From a bacterium (lineage in GTDB: Bacteria; Acidobacteriota; Aminicenantia; Aminicenantales; Aminicenantaceae): a stretch of 64,000 nucleotides of DNA. Location of the stretch: assembly GCA_018335295.1 (NCBI GenBank), contig JAGXKI010000002.1, forward strand, positions 2,643-66,642, read 5' to 3'. Positions 8,904 through 17,997 of this stretch are shown piece after piece. A model generated the notes under the pieces. The model saw nothing but the letters and a program-made list of their open reading frames with translations, was not told the origin of the DNA and made no database searches. The translations under genes and the position numbers were made by a program. How positions within the stretch are numbered: position 1 is the stretch's first letter; every line of letters starts with the position of its first letter.

Positions 8904-9672
8904 GTTGGATTATCTCCTCAGCTACATTTTTGTACTGCTGGGCCCCCACAGAATTGGGAGCATAGGTAAATATAGATTCTTTATAAGCAGGACTTTCTTC
9001 AAGCTTGACACTCTTGGATATAACCGTCTCAAATACACTCTTACCAAAAACTTTTTTAATATTTTTTACCACATCTTTGGAAATATTGGTTCTCCGGTCA
9101 TGAAGAGTTATGAGAACTCCAATAATTCCAAGCTCGGGATTGGCTACATTTTTTACTTTATCAATCGTTTCTAATAGGTCATCCGTTCCTTCCAGAGAGA
9201 GATAAGAAGATTGGATAGGTATGATAGCTTTATCCGCTGCCACTAAGGAATTAAGGGTTATCAATCCTAACGTGGGGGGTGTATCGATTATTATGTGGTC
9301 ATACTTGTCTTTGACTGGCACCATCACCTCTCTCAGTCTGTAATGACCATCGATTTCTCCAAGCAATGAAGGTTCCAGTTTAGCCATGGATATTTTTGAG
9401 ATAGCTAGATCTAGACCCGGAACAGTGGTTTTTACAATTATATCATCTATATTTTGATTTTTTTCTACTAAAACATCATATAATGATTTCTCGTATTTAG
9501 AAGTATCTTCGACAACCGAGAGAGTGCTGTGAGCTTGTGGGTCTGTGTCAATAAGCAGAGTGTTTTTTCCCATATAGGCTAAAGCAGCGGATATGTTTAA
9601 TGCAGAAGTGGTCTTCCCTACTCCGCCTTTTTGGTTGGTGACAGCTATGATTAAACTTTTCTTTTTTGCCAT
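8890..9672 (-). CDS. parA: ParA/Soj-family ATPase
   Basis: NQKGGVGKTT deviant Walker A, IDTDPQ, IIIDTPP, ESP motif. Confidence 0.95.
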   Translation of the reverse strand: MAKKKSLIIAVTNQKGGVGKTTSALNISAALAYMGKNTLLIDTDPQAHSTLSVVEDTSKYEKSLYDVLVEKNQNIDDIIVKTTVPGLDLAISKISMAKLEPSLLGEIDGHYRLREVMVPVKDKYDHIIIDTPPTLGLITLNSLVAADKAIIPIQSSYLSLEGTDDLLETIDKVKNVANPELGIIGVLITLHDRRTNISKDVVKNIKKVFGKSVFETVISKSVKLEESPAYKESIFTYAPNSVGAQQYKNVAEEIIQRAKE

Positions 9673-9746
9673 TACTCTAACTAACCATAAAAAAAAATGG
9701 ATGGAATTTCAAGAAACTTTTTAAATGTTTACATTTCTTTTATTTA

Positions 9747-9762
9747 TGTCGGCATGCCGACA
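9747..9762. promoter_or_regulatory. Perfect 16-bp palindrome, candidate non-canonical parS or operator
   Basis: TGTCGGCATGCCGACA, a GC-rich palindrome in AT-rich DNA about 75 bp upstream of parA. Confidence 0.7.
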
Positions 9763-9880
9763 ATTTTATGTAACTCTTTGATATATAAACAATTATCTAT
9801 GGCTTTGACAATAAATATCCAAACAATGTAACATAGAAAAACTTAATATAATATTTTTATAAATAATAGGAGATTGTCCA

Positions 9881-10777
9881 TTGTCCTCTACGATATTTAA
9901 ATTGGTTAAAGAAAAAATCGTTCGTCTGGATGGAGCTATGGGGACTGAGCTTATCAGGCATGGGTTAAAAACGGGAACATGTCCTGAACAATGGAATATT
10001 GAAAGTCCCCAGATCATAAAAAGTATTCACAAAAATTATTTTCAATCGGGAGCCGATGCTGTTCAGACAAACAGTTTTGGCGGGAATAAAATCAAATTAT
10101 CTTATTATAATATGGGTGAACAGTGTTATGAAATCAATTACAGAGCGGCTCAACTCGCCAAGGAGGTCAGACCTAAAAACAAATTCATCGCAGGAAGTAT
10201 AGGGCCCACCGGAAAATTTTTGAAACCTTATGGCTTCTATACTGAAAAAGATTTCGAAGAAGCCTATGGTGAACAAGCCCAAGGACTGGAAAAAGGAGGC
10301 GCGGATTTCCTTCTCATCGAAACACAATATGATTTAAGGGAAGCTCTCTGTGCACTCAGAGCTGGCCAAAAATGGACCCATATTCCTGTATTTGTAACCA
10401 TGACTTTTGACCATTTTAAAAGAGGTTATTTTACAGTTATGGGAAACAGTGTGGCTCAATGCATGAAGGAATTTGAATCTCAAGGAGTGCCCATATCTGG
10501 GGCTAACTGCACTTTGGATACACAAAAAATGAGCGAACTCATAAAAGTCATCCGCCGAACTACTTCCCTACCCCTTATTGCCCAGGCCAACGCCGGTCAA
10601 CCTATCCTGTCCTCTTCTACAGGGGAAGTTTCCTACAGCCAATCTATTGACGATTATGTGAAGTATGTCCCTCGAATGATTGAAAACGGAGCCAACATCT
10701 TAGGAGGATGCTGTGGGACGGATCCTCAATACATAAACAGGCTGGATCAAATCATAAAAAAATTCGATGAAAAATAG
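9881..10777 (+). CDS. Homocysteine S-methyltransferase family (stand-alone MetH Hcy-binding domain)
   Basis: LDGAMGTEL, TNSFG, AGSIGPTG, GANC, ANAG, GGCCGT. Confidence 0.92.
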   Translation: MSSTIFKLVKEKIVRLDGAMGTELIRHGLKTGTCPEQWNIESPQIIKSIHKNYFQSGADAVQTNSFGGNKIKLSYYNMGEQCYEINYRAAQLAKEVRPKNKFIAGSIGPTGKFLKPYGFYTEKDFEEAYGEQAQGLEKGGADFLLIETQYDLREALCALRAGQKWTHIPVFVTMTFDHFKRGYFTVMGNSVAQCMKEFESQGVPISGANCTLDTQKMSELIKVIRRTTSLPLIAQANAGQPILSSSTGEVSYSQSIDDYVKYVPRMIENGANILGGCCGTDPQYINRLDQIIKKFDEK

Positions 10778-10790
10778 GTTGACTTTAAAA

Positions 10791-11801
10791 TCACTGGGTT
10801 ACGACGACGGCCGGAGGTAAATCTTTGGTAATCTTAAGTCCCGGAGAAGCTTGGACGGCATTGACAATGGTGTTAATCGTAACTGCCACTGTCCCTATAT
10901 CTCCATGGACTCCGCCTAATATTTTTTCATGGATATCCGGTTCTCCTTGGATATAAATCTCATCGTACTCATCTTTCACTCCGGCGTGGGCATTGAATTC
11001 CAGGTTTATAACTTTCTCTCCGTTTTTCTTCCCGAAAGCCACACTGACAAGTCCCATAACATCGCCCACTTTAACAGTTCCCATTCCTGTGGTTAATTCT
11101 CTATCTGCAATAGCCGGTTCGGGAGGCAATTCTCGGACTTCCTCCAATTCCCATCCCAGGCCATCGGCGATCATATACACAGATTCAAGGAGGCCTACAT
11201 GGCCGGTAATGATTTTTTTCTCAATTTTTTCTTCAAACTCATCTCTGGTCAATCCTGTGCCTACCTTTTTCTGAAAAGGAATGCGTCTTTGGGCTGAATT
11301 CATCATCCGGACGACCCGGACGGAATCAACCTTCAAACAGGGTCCTGTTAATACCAGCGGGAGTGTGTCCATCAAAAATCCAGGATTGATGCCGGTCCCC
11401 ACCACAGTCACTCCTTTTTCCTTGGCCAAATCATCGATTTTTTTGGCCCTATCTGGACTTCGCTTCCAAGGAAAAGACAATTCTTCTGATGTGGAAATGA
11501 CATTCAATCCAGCTTCAATGCATTGAAATATTTGAGGATGTATGTTTTCTAGATAAGAAGTGGTAGTCAGAACAACTGCATCAGCTTTGACTTCTGAAAA
11601 AAGTTTATCTGCATCGTGTTCTATCTTCACCCCTAATTTCTTAGGAGGGTCCAGAAAATTTCCCAAATCCTTTCCTGCTAATTCCTCATCCACATCTACC
11701 GCTCCGACTATCTCAAATCGATCTTTGCTTGAAAGAGCCTGAACTATCCTCCGGCCCATAACACCGCATCCATAAATAATCAAATTGATTTTACCTGCCA
11801 A
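10791..11801 (-). CDS. 2,4-diaminopentanoate dehydrogenase / DapB-like NAD(P) oxidoreductase
   Basis: YGCGVMG Rossmann fold, VISTSEEL..PW, GTGINPGFLMD, GHVG, GDIGT..N. Confidence 0.75.
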   Translation of the reverse strand: MAGKINLIIYGCGVMGRRIVQALSSKDRFEIVGAVDVDEELAGKDLGNFLDPPKKLGVKIEHDADKLFSEVKADAVVLTTTSYLENIHPQIFQCIEAGLNVISTSEELSFPWKRSPDRAKKIDDLAKEKGVTVVGTGINPGFLMDTLPLVLTGPCLKVDSVRVVRMMNSAQRRIPFQKKVGTGLTRDEFEEKIEKKIITGHVGLLESVYMIADGLGWELEEVRELPPEPAIADRELTTGMGTVKVGDVMGLVSVAFGKKNGEKVINLEFNAHAGVKDEYDEIYIQGEPDIHEKILGGVHGDIGTVAVTINTIVNAVQASPGLKITKDLPPAVVVTQ

Positions 11802-11846
11802 TTAATCCTCCTCTGTTTAACCTGTATTATTATATATAAGATTGAA

Positions 11847-13244
11847 TTAAAATTTTAATTTATATCTTTCCCATCGATTAACTATTCTTTCAACCGCTTC
11901 CAATGACTCCTGTATCTCTTTATAGGAGTGAGCGTAGGAAATAGCTCCATAACCATGAAAAGTATTGAACCCTTCCTCCAGCATGGCTAACTTGAATAGA
12001 CTCTCTCTCATATCAATGTCACTGATTTCGGGATTGCACGCTTCATTTGGAGAATTTATGGGGCCGGCTCCTTTTTTAAGAAAATGGACTCCCACCATAG
12101 AACTATAGGGGACGAGGGTCTCATCTCCACCCGTACATTGGACATTGAATCCGTGTTGGGTAAAGATATTTTCAATTCCCTGACGCACCTTTTTCCCCAT
12201 CCTTCCAATTTGGGGGTAGATTTCATCTTGATTCTCGATTAAGTGACTTAAGAAATTCAAACCCGCGTAGACAGAACCCGGATGAGCGGAGAAAGTCCCT
12301 CCTTCAAATTTAACTTTTTGGGATGTTTTCACTTCCGGGTCACAGAGATTCATAATCTCCTTTTTCCCCGCCAAAGCAGATAAAGGCATCCCCCCTCCGA
12401 TAGCCTTTCCTAAAATAGACAACTCTGGTTTGACCTTGTATAAACTCTGAAGGCCTCCTGCATGAAAACGAAAACCGGAGATGACCTCATCCAGAACCAA
12501 AACCACCCCATATCTTCTGGTCAATTCCCGCGCTTTCTGTAGATACTCAGGGGTGGCGAAAATAAAGCCTCCGGCTCCCACAAAAGGTTCCATCAACAAA
12601 CAAGAAATTCTTTCTCCATACTCCATGAATTTTTTCTCAAGGTCTTCTGTATCGTTAAACTGAGTGATAAGGATAGTATTTTCCATTCCCGTAGGGAGGC
12701 CTGCTGATTCCACATGATCCAATCCTCGGTCATAGGAGCTGATTCCTTTTAAAGCATAGGGTTGAGCTCCGTGCCATCCCCCTCCTGCTTTCATGATCAA
12801 TTCTCTATTGGTGTAGGCCTTAGCTAACATCACCGCATACATGGAAGCAAGAGTGCCACTGGTGGTGAACCGAATTTTATCAGCCGGGATGGTATTCAGG
12901 ATAAGTTCGGCTAACTGGCTTTGATAGAGACCTGGAAAACCAGTCATCAACCCATATCCTTCCTTCATATACCGGACCAGAGAATCTCTAATCACAGGGG
13001 GATTATGTCCCAGAACATTGGCGAAATGCCCCTGCCAGAAATCCACATAGGTATGGCCATCCACATCCTTCACTTTGGAGCCGAGGCATTGACGATCAAA
13101 GAAAGGAAAAGGAGAAAACAACCGAAGATTATGACTTCCCCCTTTTATCTGAAATTGAAGGGCTTTTTTATATATCCGCTCAGATTCTCTATGATTCTGT
13201 TTATAATCTCGAACAAGACGTTGGAGTAAAGTATTTTTTTCCAT
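11847..13244 (-). CDS. Class III PLP aminotransferase (HemL/GSAM-like)
   Basis: DVDGHTYVDF, LGHN, FTTSGT, DEVISGFR, LGKAIGGGMP, GGTFSAHP. Confidence 0.88.
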   Translation of the reverse strand: MEKNTLLQRLVRDYKQNHRESERIYKKALQFQIKGGSHNLRLFSPFPFFDRQCLGSKVKDVDGHTYVDFWQGHFANVLGHNPPVIRDSLVRYMKEGYGLMTGFPGLYQSQLAELILNTIPADKIRFTTSGTLASMYAVMLAKAYTNRELIMKAGGGWHGAQPYALKGISSYDRGLDHVESAGLPTGMENTILITQFNDTEDLEKKFMEYGERISCLLMEPFVGAGGFIFATPEYLQKARELTRRYGVVLVLDEVISGFRFHAGGLQSLYKVKPELSILGKAIGGGMPLSALAGKKEIMNLCDPEVKTSQKVKFEGGTFSAHPGSVYAGLNFLSHLIENQDEIYPQIGRMGKKVRQGIENIFTQHGFNVQCTGGDETLVPYSSMVGVHFLKKGAGPINSPNEACNPEISDIDMRESLFKLAMLEEGFNTFHGYGAISYAHSYKEIQESLEAVERIVNRWERYKLKF

Positions 13245-13341
13245 CTCCCTTTTTTTACAAACTCATCCCCTTCCTTTTCTCTCTTCTATTCGCCCTCAAG
13301 CTTTTTCTCGAATCTTTTTGAAAACCCAGAAGAAAAACTTT

Positions 13342-15186
13342 CTACTTTAAATATTTATTTAACTTCTGTGCCAATCTCTGATCAAGGGATTTCAACTTTT
13401 CGTACATATCCCGGGCACTCGACCTGTCCTGGAGATTAAGATAGGCAATTCCCAGGTTGTAGTAGGCTACGGCCATACTTGGATCTAATTCCACGGTTTT
13501 ATTCAGAGGCTCTACGGCTTGGGCAAATTTCTTCTGCTGCATGTAAGCCACTCCCATATTGAACCATCCGTTGGCTTTATTGGGAGACAACTCCACAAAT
13601 TTTTCGAATCTTTGAATCGCTTGATCGAAATTTTTTAACCTCAGATTGCATATTCCCAGGTTATAATAAGCATAATCATAGTTAGGACGAAGTTCCACAA
13701 CTTTTTTCAAGGTTTCTATGGCTTTCTCATAATCTTCTGTTTTCACATACATGTAACCTAGATTATACAAAGCATCTGAGTCTTCAGGGGACAGTTCCAC
13801 CATCTTTTTAGCTGCCTCAATAGCTTTTTCCGGTTGATTGGCCTGATCATAAATCTGAATGATATTGTTGTAATAAACTTTGGCATTTTCAGGGTTTAAC
13901 TCCGCCAATTTGTTATAAATCTGGGCTGCTTTATCTGCTTTCTGGGTTTCCCGATAAGCCCTGGCCAAATTGGAAAGAATCTTTCTATCCTCAGGACTTT
14001 TTTCTCGAGCTTTTTTGAAAACTGAAATAGCTTTTTCAAACTGCTTGAGCTCTATCCTGGATATTCCCAACCGAAAATATACATTTTTAAGTTCCTTTGG
14101 ATTTGCTTCGATGTATTTATTATAAGCTTCAGCAGCTTCCTTGAAATTTTCCATTTTTTCATAGGCGTTCCCCAGATGATAGTGGGCTTCTTTATTCTCT
14201 TCATTAAGTTCTACAGCCTTTTTTAAAGGAGAAATCGCCTTTTTCCATTTCCTCATTTCCAAATAGACCTGACCGATTCTCATGTAGATATCATCCCTCT
14301 GAGGATTCAATTCAACAATTTTTTCATACTCGGATACAGCCGAAGAATATTTCCTTTGTTTCGAATACACATTAGCCAAAAGTCTGTGAACATCAATATT
14401 CTTAGGTTTCTGTTCGGCCACCTTCTCTAGAGCCTGCTGAGCATTGTAATGGTCTCCGAAAAGTGCGTAAGCTCGACCCGAAAAACTGGCTCCTGCAAGG
14501 GTGGAAAAATAATCTTCGGTTGTTCCTTTTCCGAAATCCGCGACACTCCCCTTTGGGGATAAAGAAGTGATTTCATCCACAGGGATGGCAAAACTGGTGC
14601 CTCCCTCCAGATAGACCATAACTCCCAGAACCTTTCCATCAGTCCCTATCAAAGGAGCTCCACTGAATTCCTCTTCAATCTCTATGCTTGTATCCACCAC
14701 GTTGGTGTTTTCTCTCAATTCCATGATTTCTTTGATTTTTCCTTCAGAAACACCAATATCTCCCTGGGCATCCCCTCCAATCACGAAAGCCCTGCTTCCT
14801 TTAGTTAAATCACTGGAACTAGCTAAACTCAGAGGTGAAGTGTTTCTTTTGATTTTCACCAAAACCAAATCCAAATCTTTATTGGAATCCACAATGCCTG
14901 CAAACTTTACTTTTTTACCTTTAAAATTGACTCCTTGGACTTGATGGGCCTGACTGATCAAGTGATAATTGGTGACGATTATTTCTTTACTTAAAGCAAA
15001 ACCCGTGCCTCTACAAACCTCTTCTCCCTCCTGATCGTAAGAAACAAAAGAAACTATGCTTTGCTTACTCTGGTTCAATATTTTAGAGGCTTCTTCAGAC
15101 TGAGTTCCGGTTTGAGAAAAAAGTAAACAGACAGAAATTAAAAATATCAAAAATCCAATCGGAATCGTATTAATGTATCTTTTCAT
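13342..15186 (-). CDS. Secreted trypsin-like peptidase domain + TPR array protein
   Basis: Signal peptide; GTGF, TNYH, DLDL, FSGAPL..G.V.GV; about 10 TPRs. Confidence 0.85.
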   Translation of the reverse strand: MKRYINTIPIGFLIFLISVCLLFSQTGTQSEEASKILNQSKQSIVSFVSYDQEGEEVCRGTGFALSKEIIVTNYHLISQAHQVQGVNFKGKKVKFAGIVDSNKDLDLVLVKIKRNTSPLSLASSSDLTKGSRAFVIGGDAQGDIGVSEGKIKEIMELRENTNVVDTSIEIEEEFSGAPLIGTDGKVLGVMVYLEGGTSFAIPVDEITSLSPKGSVADFGKGTTEDYFSTLAGASFSGRAYALFGDHYNAQQALEKVAEQKPKNIDVHRLLANVYSKQRKYSSAVSEYEKIVELNPQRDDIYMRIGQVYLEMRKWKKAISPLKKAVELNEENKEAHYHLGNAYEKMENFKEAAEAYNKYIEANPKELKNVYFRLGISRIELKQFEKAISVFKKAREKSPEDRKILSNLARAYRETQKADKAAQIYNKLAELNPENAKVYYNNIIQIYDQANQPEKAIEAAKKMVELSPEDSDALYNLGYMYVKTEDYEKAIETLKKVVELRPNYDYAYYNLGICNLRLKNFDQAIQRFEKFVELSPNKANGWFNMGVAYMQQKKFAQAVEPLNKTVELDPSMAVAYYNLGIAYLNLQDRSSARDMYEKLKSLDQRLAQKLNKYLK

Positions 15187-15393
15187 GGCTACCTCCTCTC
15201 TCTATTATATATATTATGGAGATAAATTTAAAAGATTTAAATTTACACTTTGAAAAAAATCCTGTCAAACTTTTTTGTCTAACCCCATTTTTCGTACATT
15301 TTCCTTTTTCTGGTTTGACATTTCTTTATACTTCCATTAACTTAATAAATCAAATTTTCTTTCAGCTTCAAACAACCACTCTCCTCCACAGAA

Positions 15394-15915
15394 ATGGACG
15401 TTAAAGACAAACATATATTCCTTTTTATCTATTCTTTGACTATAGGGGGAATCCTTCTCTGGTTGACTGCCATTTTTCTTGCTCCTTATCTTCGAGCCTA
15501 TCAATCCCCTATCCATATATTCATTTATTCGGCCTTCTCCAATATCTGTCATCAAATTCCTTCCCGCTGCTTTACCTTCTCTGGGTATCCCCTGGCCGTA
15601 TGTTCCCGCTGCTTGGGGATTTATTCGGGATTTTTACTCGGAACCCTTATGTATCCTAGGGTTCACGGTCTTCACAATCTCTCCTTTCCCAGAACAAGAA
15701 CCTTTTTCCTGGTTACCTTTCCCATTGTGGTGGATACTTCCGGAAATTTTCTCTCTTTATGGAACACTTTGGGTTGGATCCGATTTGCCCTGGGAGCTGT
15801 TTGGGGACTCATCCTTCCGTTTTATTTTATACCCGGATTGACCCAATTTGCTTTGGAGTGCAAACACAAACGAAATCCATATTCTTTCTTGAAATTTTGT
15901 AGCAAAAAAAAATAG
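15394..15915 (+). CDS. DUF2085-type membrane protein
   Basis: ICHQIPSRCF..LAVCSRCLGIY motif with TM helices. Confidence 0.8.
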   Translation: MDVKDKHIFLFIYSLTIGGILLWLTAIFLAPYLRAYQSPIHIFIYSAFSNICHQIPSRCFTFSGYPLAVCSRCLGIYSGFLLGTLMYPRVHGLHNLSFPRTRTFFLVTFPIVVDTSGNFLSLWNTLGWIRFALGAVWGLILPFYFIPGLTQFALECKHKRNPYSFLKFCSKKK

Positions 15916-15949
15916 AATAAAGGGAACCGAACTTTAGGAAGGAGGAAAC

Positions 15950-16477
15950 ATGAACAATCAAAAACCTGGAATATTGGTCCCGGCTTTAGTGGGAGGCGGG
16001 TTAGCCGGTTTACTTTCAGGCATTCCTTTAATCAACTGTCTTTGCTGTGTGTGGGTAATCGGCGGCGCTGTCCTCTCTTCTTTTCTGTTGTCCCGGAACT
16101 CGCCTGTTTCTCTAACAGGGGGTGATGGAGCCATCGTGGGAATCTTCACAGGGATTATTGCAGCCGTAGTTGATGCTATCATCAGCATCCCTTTTCAAGC
16201 AATCAATGCAAGGATTGTTCAACGAGTGCTGGAAAGTATCGCCCAATACTCCGAAGAAATGCCTCCTCAATGGGAAACATGGCTTAAGAGAGGGGGAGCA
16301 GAAACCACTTTTGCCATGTTTATGTTGGGTTTGGTTATTTCTGTTTTCATTTTTGCAGCTTTGGGGGCCTTAGGTGGTATAATAGGAGTGGCCATTTTTG
16401 GCAAAAAGCCTGGAGAAAAAAAAGGAAGTGAAGGAGCGACCGATGTCCCCAAAGACACAGGTGATCGTCAATCCTGA
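15950..16477 (+). CDS. Hypothetical integral membrane protein
   Basis: Strong RBS (GGAGG), about 4 TM helices, NCLCC motif. Confidence 0.8.
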   Translation: MNNQKPGILVPALVGGGLAGLLSGIPLINCLCCVWVIGGAVLSSFLLSRNSPVSLTGGDGAIVGIFTGIIAAVVDAIISIPFQAINARIVQRVLESIAQYSEEMPPQWETWLKRGGAETTFAMFMLGLVISVFIFAALGALGGIIGVAIFGKKPGEKKGSEGATDVPKDTGDRQS

Positions 16478-17375
16478 ATCGGATCAGGGACGAACAGGAA
16501 AAAGATGGAAGCAGATCAAAGAAGCATTAAAAAGTTTTCTCAAAGAATTTAAATACGAATTCACCGAAAAGCCCTTCCAAGCGGTGGAAATAGCCAGAGA
16601 CTCAATCAAAAGTGGATTTGAATTGATTGTGGGAGTTGGAGGAGACGGCACTATCAATGAAATCGCCAACGGGTTCTACGAAGAAAAAAATCTCATCAAT
16701 CCCCACTCGTGTTTGGGAATCATTCCTTCCGGTACAGGGTGTGATTTTACCAAAAGCCTGAACATCCCCTACAACCTCAAAAATTCCCTGAAGCTCATCA
16801 CTCAAGCTCCTTCTTCCTTAATTGACGTAGGACGCATCCACTTCCAGGATCCTAAAGGGAAAAAGAAGGAAAGGTTATTCTTGAATATCGCTGACTTTGG
16901 GATTGGGGGTGAAGTGGTCCAAAAAATCAACCAGAAAAGGATGAAGCACAAAACTTCTTCCTATTTAAAGGCTCTTTTCTCCTCCTATGCCTCATATAAA
17001 AACAAAAATATCCGGATATCCGTCGATGATAAATTGATTTCTTCAGATGAATACATGATAGGGGCTTTTTCCAATGGAAGAATTTTCGGCAAAGGGATGA
17101 AAATTGCCCCTCATGCCAAATTGAATGACGGCCTTTTGGACATCGTTTTGGTTAAAGGGATGAAATTTATGGAATTTTTAATGAACAGCTGGAAAATCTA
17201 CACGGGCTCTCATCTATCTCATCCTAAAGTTAATTTCATTCGGGGAAAAAAAATTGAGGTGGTCCCGGCGAAAGAGGATAGTGTGCTTATGGAAATGGAT
17301 GGAGAACAAATAGGTGCCCTTCCCGCAACCATAGAAATCGTTCCCCAAAGTTTACTGGTGAAAGGAAATATATAA
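16443..17375 (+). CDS. Diacylglycerol/lipid kinase family (YegS/DagK)
   Basis: IVNP, GGDGTINE, IPSGTG.DF, IDVG, DGE motifs; likely start at MSPKTQ. Confidence 0.92.
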   Translation: MSPKTQVIVNPESDQGRTGKRWKQIKEALKSFLKEFKYEFTEKPFQAVEIARDSIKSGFELIVGVGGDGTINEIANGFYEEKNLINPHSCLGIIPSGTGCDFTKSLNIPYNLKNSLKLITQAPSSLIDVGRIHFQDPKGKKKERLFLNIADFGIGGEVVQKINQKRMKHKTSSYLKALFSSYASYKNKNIRISVDDKLISSDEYMIGAFSNGRIFGKGMKIAPHAKLNDGLLDIVLVKGMKFMEFLMNSWKIYTGSHLSHPKVNFIRGKKIEVVPAKEDSVLMEMDGEQIGALPATIEIVPQSLLVKGNI

Positions 17376-17387
17376 GGTTATGAAAAT

Positions 17388-17990
17388 TCAGTTCCTTTTT
17401 TTCTTCATTAAATAAAGGTTTCGATCGTTGGTTAGGACTAAAGTGCCGGATTCATTATAGAATTTATAGATTTTTGTGGAGGTTTTTAGTTGGGATTGTC
17501 CCATCGAGGATTTTACCTTTCGGATATAATTAACGGTTTCCGGATAAGGGGGAACTCCTCCATATTTTTTTATGGCCTCTTGTCCGGCGTTATACGCGGC
17601 CAAAATCAACTCCAAATCTTTACCGTATATTTCCATTAAATCCTTCAGGTACTTCACTCCTCCCTCAATGTTTTCCTTGGGGCTAAAAAGATTGTCCACT
17701 CCATAAGCCTCTGCGGTTACCGGCATCAGCTGCATCAGCCCCACCGCCCCCTTGGACGAAACCGCTCTGGGATTGTAATTGGATTCGGCCTTTATAATGG
17801 AATGAATGAGTTTTTCTGGGACATTGTGTTTGCGAGCCGCTCTCTCGATAAGGGAATTCTGGCTCGGAGTGGGTTTCCGGCTGCCCCGGGCTTCAGGATA
17901 AACGGAAACGCTTAGGATCAAAAAAAACCCTATTCCCCAGACCACGGGTTGAAACCGGAATGAGGGAATTTTTTTTCGGTTCCTCATCAT
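17388..17990 (-). CDS. Lytic transglycosylase (SLT domain)
   Basis: IKAESNYNPRAVSSKGAVGLMQLMP, AAYNAG, PPYPET.NY. Confidence 0.93.
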   Translation of the reverse strand: MMRNRKKIPSFRFQPVVWGIGFFLILSVSVYPEARGSRKPTPSQNSLIERAARKHNVPEKLIHSIIKAESNYNPRAVSSKGAVGLMQLMPVTAEAYGVDNLFSPKENIEGGVKYLKDLMEIYGKDLELILAAYNAGQEAIKKYGGVPPYPETVNYIRKVKSSMGQSQLKTSTKIYKFYNESGTLVLTNDRNLYLMKKKRN

Positions 17991-17997
17991 GTTCCTC

